From the NCBI GenBank assembly GCA_951406725.2, contig OX597833.1, positions 27,218,001 through 27,282,000 of the forward strand: a DNA stretch of 64,000 nucleotides. The letters are read 5' to 3'. Positions 42,911-54,750 of the stretch are shown piece after piece. How positions within the stretch are numbered: the stretch's first letter is position 1; each line of letters begins with the position of its first letter. Source of the DNA: Octopus vulgaris (lineage: Eukaryota). The notes beneath the pieces were generated by a model. That model saw only the letters and a program-made list of their open reading frames with translations, did not search any database and was not told the origin of the DNA. Made by a program: the position numbers and the translations under genes.

Positions 42911-43310
42911 TTTTGTTAACCGCGCCCCTCCTAAAATTTCTGCTTGTTTTCGAATTTTTCTAATCCTAGTTTTAACATACAGAGAGTCTGAATCTGCAAT
43001 TTGTTTCTGTTTATATTTTCAAAATATTTTTCAGAAGTGGGTGATTTAAGGAAGATTTAGCGGTTGTTTCTAGCACATCCTACGACCATGTGATACATTT
43101 CTCGTTTCTATGTCACTGTGACATGTATTGATGTTTTTCACCCCATACACGCATTATATGGAATGATGATGCGGTGGTCTATTCCTGGAATTTAATCAAG
43201 AAAAATATTTGTAATATAAATTGTAAACCCCCAACTGGCAACAACCGAGTCTGCGCGCGCGTGTCTGTGTGTGTGTTTCTAACAGAAAATTATTAAAATA
43301 AATTATTTTT

Positions 43311-43552
43311 TACTCTTTTTTACTTGTTTCACTCATTTGACTGCGGTCATGCTGGAGCAAATCGACCCCAGTACTTATTCTTTGGAAGCCTAGTACTTAT
43401 TCTATCGGACTGTTTTGCCGAACCGCTAGGTTATGGGGACGTAAACATACCAGCATCGGTTGTCAAGTGATGCTGGAGGACAAACACAGAGACACAAACA
43501 TATACACACACACACATACATACATACATACATACATACATACATACATACA

Positions 43553-43583
<31 letters not shown>

Positions 43584-43584
43584 T

Positions 43585-43626
<42 letters not shown>

Positions 43627-43785
43627 CGCAGGAGTGGCTGTGTGGTAAGTAGCTTGTTTACCAATCACATGGTTCCGGGTTCAGTCCCACTGCGTGGCAC
43701 CTTGGGCAAATGTATTCTACTATAGCCTCGGGCCGACCAGAGCCTTTGAGTGGATTTGGTAGACGGAAACTGAAAGAAGCCCGCC

Positions 43786-43832
<47 letters not shown>

Positions 43833-44062
43833 CGTATGTGTGTTTGTGTGTCTGTGTTTGTCCCCCTAGCATTGCTTGACAACCGATGCTGATGTGTTTA
43901 TGTCCCCGTCACTTAGCGGTTCGGCAAAAGAGACCGATAGAATAAGTACTGGGCTTACAAAAGAATAAGTCCCGGGGTCGAGTTGCTCGATTAAAGGTGG
44001 TGCTCCAGCATGGCCGCAGTCAAATGACTGAAACAAGTAAATGAGTAAATGAGTAAATGAGA

Positions 44063-44125
<63 letters not shown>

Positions 44126-44296
44126 TACATATACGACGTGCTTCTTTCAATTTCCGTCTACCAGATCTACTCACAAGGCTTTGATCGGCCCGAGTCTATA
44201 GTAGAAGGCACTTGCCCAAGGTGCCAGGCAGTGGGAATGAACTCGGAACCATGTGGTTAGTAAGCAAGCTACTTACCACACAGCCACTCCGACGCC
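43311..44296 (-). mobile_element. CORE-type SINE split in two (43311-43510, 44133-44296) by an inverted copy of the same family
   Basis: Tail half left, head half right, insert in the central microsatellite. Confidence 0.8.
43625..44060 (+). mobile_element. Full-length CORE-type tRNA SINE (octopus OR-type by recollection)
   Basis: A box tggctgtgtgg, B box ggttcagtccc, accttgggcaa core, internal (TA)n, (GTAAATGA)n tail. Confidence 0.88.
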
Positions 44297-45201
44297 TATT
44301 TTACATACCTTATATAAATAACTCAACCGCCTTAATGAAATTCCTAACACACAAGGATACACACACACATGGACACACTGACAAACACACACACTCAGCG
44401 TGAGTGATAAATTTTTGTAGACAGTAAGAGAGGGTGTGGTTAAAATATGTAGAGAGAATTAATGTTCACCTTGAGAAAATCGGAAAACTGAAAATCATAA
44501 ACAAACAGAGAGAGATCTTTTCTGTTGTTATCACAGACTTTGAAATTTTAAAACCAAGTGAAAATTTTCAAATTTAGTACATTGAATTACTTTTCACGCT
44601 GAATCCGAGTATGTGATGCATCTATTCCGGAAAATTTAATGTTACAGAGGTTTAAAGCTTAGCCCAATCAGAAAACAGGATTTGCGCAAAATAGCTGTCA
44701 TAAAATGAAAGTAAACATTCCAGGATGTGGTTTCAAAGTAGAGGAAAGCAATGCGTGAGAGTTAAGACATATATACAGGGAGAGAGAGAGAGATACAGAG
44801 ATAGAGAGAGCGACACAGAGAGAGAGAGAGAGAGAGAGTGTGTGTGTGTGTGTGTGTGTGACAAAGGGTGTAGTATATATATACAGACAGAGAAAGATTG
44901 GTAGTGATACATAGAGAGGAGCAGAGTTGCTGATCTAAAAGTTGAGTTATTCCTCGTAGCAAATTGTATTTTTTTTTTTATTTTCAATTACGGATGACAT
45001 TCTCTTTGGGACGCAGATTTCGAAAGTGAAATCCGTTTTTCTCGAGGACGAGCCTTTCGGGGCTAAACACATACAAGATACATAGGTTCGCATTATATAG
45101 TAGATATATGTGCAAGTGTTTGTAAGCATCTAAACATATGTGATTTAATATGAATTATATATATACGCATACATATGTAGCTAGCTAGCTAAATAGATAG
45201 G

Positions 45202-45263
<62 letters not shown>

Positions 45264-45264
45264 T

Positions 45265-45298
<34 letters not shown>

Positions 45299-45563
45299 CG
45301 GTAGATAGAAAAATAATACATAAATATATATGTGTGTGATTGCATGCGTTTGTGTGTTTGTGTCTGTGTGCGTGAGTGTGCGTGCGTGTGCGTGTGAGTG
45401 TTAGTATATGAGTTCACATACATACATAATACATACATACATACATGCATACATACAGACATACATATATGCATACTAAAGAACTTCAGTCTATGAATAA
45501 CTTTGCTATGGCCTACCATCGCTTTGTCTTACAGTAAACATCAAGGAAACCAAGATATATATA

Positions 45564-45607
<44 letters not shown>

Positions 45608-45970
45608 TGCATGCATGTACACATATGTGCACTTATATTACCCTATATTACATAGATGCACGCATTTTCTATCCACCAGATCCACTCACAAAGCTTTGAT
45701 AAGCCTAGAGCTATAGCGGGTGACACTATACAGGTGCCACGCAATTGAACTAAACACAGAACCATGTAGTTAGGAAGCAAACTGTGTGTGTATGTGTGTG
45801 TCTATGCGTGTGTGTGTATATGTCTGTGTATCTCCTTATAAATATATTCTGACGTATACATGAATGTTTTGTGTTAGGGTCCATATTTATATATTTATAT
45901 GCATGGAAACACATACATGCGTATGTGGATGGATGGATTGATGGATGTAAGGATGTAAAAGTACAGATAT

Positions 45971-46060
<90 letters not shown>

Positions 46061-46399
46061 AGAGAGAGAGAAAGAGACAGACAGACAGAGATGTTGAAGC
46101 AATATTAATCGGTGTAGATTAAGAAATATCTTGTTGAATAATTTAGAAAGAGAAAACACGTATCATTTTTCGTTTCCTCATCAACCTTTTCTCATGCATA
46201 CCCAATTGTATTACTCATACATCATATACACGCACACACACACAAATACAAACATACACACATATCTACATATAACATACATATATGTATATGTATGTAT
46301 ATATACACACACACACACACACACACAACACACACACATACATATATATACTTACTTTTTTAGCCTTAATGGGTATAGTTAATCAATATATCCTCTCGT

Positions 46400-47542
46400 T
46401 ATTTATATAATGCCATCTATCTGACAAATTGATGATCCCTTGGGGGTAAAATTCTCCTGGTTTCCAAGCAAAGAAACGCTAAATATCATTTTTAACCTCT
46501 TCACAATTTATAAACTGTTTTCCCTCAAAATAATGTTACAACGACCTGAAAAGTTGAGTTGGATGTGATTAGATCAGAAGAGTAAGAATGATCCGGCAGA
46601 ACGTCCATATTTAGCTCCATAACCTTTTCCTGGGTCATTTGAGCTATATACCGTCTTGGATCAGCGTGTAAGAGCAACACGCCTTTGCGACTGACCAATA
46701 ATGGTCGCCTTTTCTGCAAAATCTTTTTCGCAATGCTTCCAATTAATGGCAATGCTTTGCATTATCTGTCTCATTTTGATTTAATGCTTCATGGTAGATG
46801 ACACACTTCTTATCCCACCAAACATAGAACATAACTTTTTTCGGCTATAGTTCTAGTTGGTTTAGAGATTACTCTTTTCATTACGTGCCAAACATTGTCA
46901 TTTTCGTTCGATTGGGTTATGGAAAACTCACTTTTTAACTTGTGTGATGATTAAGCCAAGGAAAAGTTTGGCAACGAGTCTTCTCTTCAATGATGAACAG
47001 AGAACAACTCTTTATTTTAAGTGTGAAGCAGTCAGAGGACAAGTGATCCACTGGTCAAGTTTAAACATTCACCTAGTTCAAGAATTTGCTTTATGACTGA
47101 ATTGTAACTTGAAAAGTATTGCTAATACATATGCAGTCTGCTACATTCTTCAGGAGCTCAAGATTGACAGAACTTTATCGAACAAATCGAGGAGAATCTG
47201 CGAGAGAAAAATTTCCCAATCGAAACCACTCAAACCATTACTGACATGTCCGGACGCTTAAAGCTCCATTTCCAAAGACACAATGGATACTTTTTTTGCT
47301 TTTATTGCTGAAGTGCTGCCTTTGGATTCCTACAGCATGCAGTGTATGATATGAATCTAATCTAAGCACATTTGAAAACGGTGAATTCGATAAGAATTTT
47401 ACATCTATAGTATAAAGTAATCTTCAAAGATAAAAATAACATTGGAATAGAAAAAAATTATTGCATATTTTACCGTAAGTATTGAAATAGTACCCTCAAA
47501 ATGATCGTGTCAAAAAGGAGACAGGGCTTTCTTTCCAACCTA
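46400..47542 (-). mobile_element. Decayed mariner element, same family as 17491-18760
   Basis: GVLLLHADPRRY and LPDHSYSSDLITS (HDNARPH and YSPDL remnants); colinear similarity with the 17.5-18.7 kb copy. Confidence 0.7.
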
Positions 47543-47689
47543 ACACACATCTATATCTTATACACACACACACACACCTGTGTGTATATGTATGTATGTA
47601 TAAATGTCTATGCATGTTATGTGTATATGTATAAATGTCAGCCTGTATTAAGATATGCATTTAATATGTACTTGTATATTTATGAGGTA

Positions 47690-48199
47690 CTAGCAGTATC
47701 GCCCGGCGTTGCTCGGGTTTGTAAGGGAAATAACTATATAAGCATTTTTAGAGAGTTACTTCCCTTATAGATGCCAATTCGGGCTTTCTTAGCCATTTCT
47801 GTTTTGGTGTCTTCAAGCCATGAAGTCGTTGTTCTAAAAGAACGCTGGTCTCCTTGACAACGCATTACGACGTTGATTTCCTTAAACTCCCTTCCCCACA
47901 GCTTCACGAGGGAGGGAAGAAGGGGGAGAACACAGGTGCAGGTGTTTGAGCGTGGACGCCAACTCCGCCGCCATCGACACGAAAAATTATGCATTAAAAT
48001 GGAATAAAAAATGATGTTAAATTATTTTTAAAATCGTAGACTCATCGTAGACGCGCGCTAATAGCCAGACGGGCTCGATATTAATCACGACTATAAGATA
48101 CCCGAATTTGGTTAAACTGCACCGCAAAATGTGGGAGGAGTTAGGAATCCAAATCGAAGGGGACAGACACTCACACAACTACAGTTTTATTTATGTAGA
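47690..48199 (-). mobile_element. Non-autonomous Helitron with GC-rich internal segment
   Basis: TC...hairpin...CTAG termini; A|T target; shares ends with 2088-2481. Confidence 0.85.
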
Positions 48200-50103
48200 T
48201 TTGGTAACATGAACAATTATAGAATGACAGAGAGATAACGTAAAACAAATTTATAATGCTAGATTTTTGAAAGAATGCAGCAATCAGTATTTCTTCTTAC
48301 CAGGCAGTATCTGCAATTTCATTTACTGTACCAATACAGGTGCGAACAAATGAGATATTCGTCTGGTTCTATAACACAAAATCAGCAATTTGGGGCAGGA
48401 GTTGAGTCAACCGGTACGTATTTTATCGACCCCGAAAGGCAAAGTCGGCCTCGGCGGGATTTGAACTCAGAACGTAAAGACAGACGAAATACCGCTAAGC
48501 ATTTTACCTAATGTGCTAACAATTCTCCCAGCGCACTGCCTTCCATTTTATGGATATTAAAAAAAATAAAATCCTGACATCAACTAGAAACTTACAGAGA
48601 AAGAGTGATATCGATAAGCTCTATTTTAAAAGAAAAAGCAGAGGAAGTGACTTAATATTAGACTAGACAACCTATGAGTGTTGCACGACATCACTCACAC
48701 AGCAGTTGACAAACAACTACAACAAAAACAAATAACATTAACCGAATGTTGAAAACTGAAGGGAACCATGCCCTGTTGACCAGGAGTGAAACCCTTTAAA
48801 ATTAATCAGTTAGTGGTGACATCTCATGAATTTAAAGAATTACTAGTCTCGCTACACGAACAAATGTATGGTGGAGTGGATAGAAGCCTTCTACATACCA
48901 AATATAGCCTAAACTTTAGCAAAGAGAAATGATATATTGTATTAAGTAGCCTTAGGTAGACTGTGTTTGTAAAAATGACTACGCGATCATGGCAAACTTA
49001 AGGTTGCTTCACACTTGATAATTGTGCGAATGTTAGCATGTTATGAGTAGGCCTGTCAGTTTTACAACACCATTGTATGACTATTTAATCCAGGAGTACA
49101 AGACAGCTTCAAAAATTTAATAAACAAAAGAGTCTGCAAAGCTTTTAAACCCACGAAATATGTCCGAAAATATCAATTTTGTCAAATATCTATGGAAAAT
49201 AGTACAAACAGGATCATCAGCTGCTCTAAATCACCATTATAACTTATTATCTTTCGATGCAGTATAATATTGTTGTTGAAACACTATCTAAAGCCATCCA
49301 AAGAAATGACTGATCTAGGATAAAATAGAAAAGTTTTTTTTCTAATACTGAGTATATAAACATTTCTCTGGTGTGTATGTCTTTGTGCGTGTATGTCTTT
49401 TTATCTATGTGTGTATGTCTTTGTGCCTGTTCAACACCACCGCTTGAAAACCAGTGCTGGATTGTTTACGTTCCCGCAAACCAACGGTTCGGCAAAAGTA
49501 ACCGATAGAATAAGTTAGCAGACATTAAATGAAAATGAATACTAGGCATGATTTGTTCGGCTAAACCTTTGAATGTACTGCCTTAACATAAGCAATAACC
49601 TAAAGACTGAACCTAGAGAAAGAGATAAATGATAAAAATAGCACACGAAATATTGATGGAACATTCTCACCAAGTGAAAAACATAGACAAAAAAAAAACC
49701 ATGTACTGCAAAATTGGTCAGCCTCTCAAGTAAATGTGAAGAATATTTCCTTGAAATCAGTAAGAGAGAGAATATTCACCGACATCTTCACACAATATCA
49801 TAGATGCCGCTGGTTAAGTTTGTAGGTATTTAATTAGTAATTAGTAATCTCGGAAAGATAGATTATTCCGGCAAATAAATTAACCAACAAACATACATTT
49901 TGTAAAATCAATATGTAAGTAGAACAATAAAAATATATGAAAACTTTCTAAAATTCAGTATGTAAATTTTACTGTTGCTGTTGTTTATATTCAAGGAATG
50001 GTGTCTTGTTTCTTTGTTAGAAATCAGTTCCTTCTTTATAAGAAGAATTTAATGAGAGAGATAACTTATATTAAATCTCTGAGCGACTGATAAACAGTAA
50101 CAA

Positions 50104-50612
50104 TACGGAATCGTAAAATGTATTTGCCAACTAAATGTGGTGGTCCTATAAAGGACGATGTTACTGTTGTTTTTAGCCCCAATAAGACATCTCCTCCAGC
50201 TGGACAACGAACGACACAGTCTGCGGCCGATTAGTATTTGCGAGGGAGATCTTCGCTCCCATCTCTAGCCTTATGTGATACACACAGCCTCGGGTTTCTG
50301 GGTAGTTACCCGTCTTCAGTGTGTGCTAATCTCTGGCTCGTGATAAAGAACTCATTCCACTCGCAAAATACTATATCACTAGCCAGTGATTGACACACAC
50401 TGAAGACAGGTGACTATCCAGAAACCCGGGACTCGGTGTATCACGTAAGGATAGAGATGGGAGCGATGACCTCCGTCGCAAATACTAATCGGACACAGAC
50501 TTATGTCGTTGGCCGGCTGGAGGAAAAGTCTTCCTGGGGCTAAAAACAGCAATAACATCACCCTCTATAGAACAGCCACATTTACTTGGCAAATATATTT
50601 TACGATTCCGTA
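50104..50612. mobile_element. Palindromic fold-back MITE with ~240 bp diverged arms
   Basis: tacggaatcgtaaaat...attttacgattccgta; arms stay complementary to the centre near 50360. Confidence 0.8.
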
Positions 50613-51160
50613 ATATGTATATACATATGTATATATATAAACAGAAGAATTTGACTGATTGCATATATATGCAGATATCTATTTGCCTTGAATAATACTA
50701 TGGTGGTATTTATTGGTCTTCAGTGTTGCTACTATATTGTTAATTGTGTGATATATGTATTGTTTTATTAGTAATGATGTTATTAGTAGTAAGAATATTG
50801 ATATTGATAACATTATTGTTATTGATAACGGTATTGGTATTAGCATTATTGACTTTTTGTAAAGTAACACAAATTAATATAATGCACTGTTTACTATATA
50901 TGTCTGCATTAAGTATGAATATATCTATGTTCTCTACGTTGTAATTTCTTAATATTAGTTGAGGAACTGTAACATTCAATATAGAACATCATTATGTTTA
51001 TCGATTTATATTGATTTATATTATTCATATTATTATGTATATGTATATGTGTATATATATAAGGATATGAGTATATATGCACTCATATTTATATGCAAAT
51101 GATTTTTGGGTATGTACTCATACTTATATAGGTATATGTGTAACTTGTTTTATACATTAG

Positions 51161-51276
51161 AATCTCCGAAGAGGCCGTAAGATATTTTTGTTAATGTCTC
51201 ATTTATACCTGCAATATATGGCTAATTTAGGTTAAATGAGACATACTTGTCTGCATGGCCGAAACAGCTGTCAGTT
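51161..51276 (+). ncRNA. Hammerhead ribozyme motif with long stem II, core CCGAAGA
   Basis: aatct-CCGAAGA-ggcc..tgtctcattta..taaatgagaca..ggcc-GAAA-cagctg-TC-agtt; palindromic stem III. Confidence 0.62.
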
Positions 51277-51597
51277 ATAATGTATATGTATTTTTATATC
51301 TTTTTATATTTATTTAGTTATATCTCATTATAATGATTGTAATTATTGTACTGTATTAATGTCTAATCTTAATGCTCTTGTGTAGTGTTTTAATAAGGTA
51401 TGTGATTCGGTATTATCTGATAGTTGATGAATGATTTAGATATATTTCTCCATTTTCTTATTTTGTATACATATGTATATATATATATATATACATGTAT
51501 ATGTATATACATGTATATAAATATTACATGCATATAAATATACATATAAATATATACATATATATACATGTATATATATATTTATATATACATATAT

Positions 51598-51641
<44 letters not shown>

Positions 51642-51652
<11 letters not shown>

Positions 51653-52368
51653 CTGTAGTTGTGTGAGTGTCTGTCCCCTTCGATTTAGATTCCTAACTAC
51701 TCCCACATTTTGCGGTGCAGTTTAACCAAATTCGGGTATCTTATAGTCGTGATTCATATCGAGCCCGTCTGGGTATTAGCGCGCGTCTACGATGAGTCTA
51801 CGATTTTTAAAATAATTTAACATCATTTTTTATTCCATTTTAATGCATATTTTTTCGTGTGTCGATGGCGGCGGAGTTGGCGTCCATGGTCACACCTGCA
51901 CCTATGTTGCTTCTCCCCCTTCTTCCCTCCCTCGTGAAGCTGCGGGGAAGGGAGTGTAAGGAAATCAACGTCGTAAAGCGTTGTCAAGGAGACCAGCGTT
52001 CTTTTAGAACGACTTCATGGCTTGAAGTCGGCAAAACAGAAATCGCTAAAAAAGCTGAAACATCCACAAAAACGGCACAAATCTTTATATATAAAAGTGA
52101 AGTTGTGTGTCTGTGTCCTACGATTTAGATTCCTAACTACTCCCACATTTTGCGGTGCAGTTTAACCAAAACCGGGTATCTTATAGTCGTGATTCATATC
52201 GAGCCCTTCTGGGTATTAGCGCGCGTCTACGATGAGTCTACGATTTTTTTAAACATTTACCATCATTTTTTATTCCATTTTTAATGCATTTTTTTGCTAT
52301 AACTCTCTAAAAATGCTTATATAGTTATTTCCCTTACAAATCCGAGCAACGCCGGGTGATACTGCTAG
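51642..52368 (+). mobile_element. Composite Helitron: incomplete copy (51642-52081) abutting a complete short copy (52082-52368)
   Basis: 5' head cgatttagattcctaactactcccacattttgcgg occurs twice; single hairpin-CTAG 3' end. Confidence 0.82.
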
Positions 52369-52447
52369 TATATATATATATATATATATATATAAGAAAT
52401 ACTAAATTTCTAAATCTCTCGTAGAGACATGTACGGTGGTGGGGCGA

Positions 52448-52818
52448 TAGAATGGTTGTATACTGTCAATCTAACACGAACGTGACAGTAGGGGATACAC
52501 CACCGCTGTATAGCCCTAGGAAGCATCGACGCCTCCTGATGGCTTTGACACATTTTTCGCTGTGTCCTTATATACATTTACGAAGGGGAGACAAACACCC
52601 CCGGCCGCCGGAGCTGCATCTAGGGACACGTGTTTCAGGATCATTGTCCTTAGCTCCGGCGGCCGGGGTGTTTGTCTCCCCTTCGTAAATGTATATAAGG
52701 ACACAGGGGAAAATGTGTCAAAGCCATCAGGAGGCGTCGATGCTTCCTAGGGCTATACAGCGGTGGTGTACCCCCTACTGTCACGTTCGTGTTAGATTGA
52801 CAGTATACAACCATTCTA
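52448..52818. mobile_element. Near-perfect fold-back MITE (~168 bp arms, ~36 bp spacer)
   Basis: tagaatggttgtatactgtcaatc...gattgacagtatacaaccattcta; only a few arm mismatches. Confidence 0.9.
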
Positions 52819-53024
52819 TATATATATATATATATCTACATGTATATATATACATATATATACATATATATATATATACATATATATACATGTATATATA
52901 CATATATGTATGTATATATACATATATACATGTAAATATATATATATATATATACATATATAGTTATTTATATATGTATATATACACATATATACACACA
53001 CACATGTATTTATATACGCACATA

Positions 53025-53470
53025 TTCTTTTACTTGTTTAAGTCATCTGACAGCGTCCATGCTGGAGCACCACCTTTAGTCGAGCAAGTTGACCCCAGAG
53101 CTTATTCTTTGTAAGCCTATTCCTTATTCTATCGGTGTCCTTTGCCGAACCGCCAATTTACGAGGACGTAAGCACACCAGTATCGGTTGCCAAGTGATGT
53201 TGGGGGGACTAACACAGACACACAAACATATGCACAAACATACATATAAAAATGCATATGTGTATGTGTGTGTGTGAGTGTATATATACACACACAAATA
53301 TATATATATACATATACGACGGGCTTCTTCCAGTTTCCGTCTACCAAATCAACTCACAAGGCTTTGGTCGGCCCGAGGTTTTAGTAGAAGGCACATACCC
53401 AAGTTGCCATGCAGTGGGCCTGTACCCAGGACCATTGGTTGTTAAGCAAGCAACTTATCACACAGCCATA
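53025..53470 (-). mobile_element. CORE-type tRNA SINE
   Basis: Family head, core and tail on the minus strand. Confidence 0.8.
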
Positions 53471-53539
53471 CACATATATACACACATACAAATATTTATA
53501 CATATATATACATAAATATACATAATATCTATATACACA

Positions 53540-53758
53540 TAATAGTATTCACTTCCGGATTTTCTCACTCTGTGAAAGTTTCTAGATCGAATCACACGTC
53601 TCTATTTTAATGTGAGATATTTTCAGTAATACATCTACACATATACATCTATACATATGCATCTATACATATACATCTATGGATATACATCTATGTATAC
53701 ATAAATATATATGAGCAGATGTATATACACGTATATACATGCATATATATACATATAC

Positions 53759-53816
<58 letters not shown>

Positions 53817-54082
53817 CATATATATCTATATATACAAATAATAGATATATGTATATATGTATGTATGCATGTATGTATGTATGTATGTATGTATGTATGT
53901 ATGTATGTATGTATGTATGTATGTATGTATGTATGTATGCATGTATATATGTAAGTGAGGCAATAGTTTCAGTATAGATACCAAAAGTATTAAAACTGAA
54001 AATATCTCACATTAAAATAGAGACGTGTGATTCGATCTAGAAACTTTCACAGAGTGAGAAAATCCGGAAGTGAATACTATTA
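53540..54082. repeat. Perfect 88 bp inverted repeat (53540-53627 / 53995-54082) around microsatellite
   Basis: Base-by-base reverse complement. Confidence 0.9.
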
Positions 54083-54199
54083 AATTTATTACTAATGTAG
54101 GATAAAATTTTTTTTAGAAAAAAAATTCTATCAATAGCCAGCATATCAAAAAATACCTTTAAAGGTTAAATTTATAAATAACTTATAAAATAAGGCAAA

Positions 54200-54560
54200 A
54201 AAAAAAACTCTAATCTCCTTTGCTGTAGGATCCCCTGACTTCAAAGCACTTGAAATGCTCCAGGCACTTCGTGAAGGCCCCATGGATGTCTTCCAAATTG
54301 AAGGTGTCAAGGAGATTGTCACGGCTTCCGTCTTCTTAATGTCTATAGAATGATTGCTACTGAAATTCTCCTTCAGCTTGGTGAACAACCAAAAGTCGCA
54401 AGGAACAAGTTCTGGACTGTAAGGTGGAGGGATGGTTCTGATGACCAACTCTGTCAAGTAGCTGGTTACCAAGATGGAATTGTGATAAGCTGTGTTTAGA
54501 AGGCAGTGACAAATAGTGTTTTGTAGGGTGTGTTCAAGTGCTATTACAACCATCTCTTTC
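54200..54560 (-). mobile_element. Mariner transposase C-terminal fragment
   Basis: PPPYSPELVPCDFWLFTKLKE. Confidence 0.75.
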
Positions 54561-54750
54561 AATCTGGAATAAAATTTTGGCATGTCACCTAACTAGATGC
54601 ATAATAATGTTATACTAAAAGTACAAAAAGCTAGGGCAGTTATAACAGCCTCTTCAATCTGGAATAAAATTTTGGCATGTCACCTAACTAGATGCATAAT
54701 AATGTTATACTAAAAGTACAAAAAGCTAGGGCAGTTATAACAGCCTCTTC
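54558..54750 (+). repeat. Exact 95 bp tandem duplication
   Basis: ttcaatctggaataaaattttggc...ataacagcctc twice; ttc microhomology at junctions. Confidence 0.9.
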
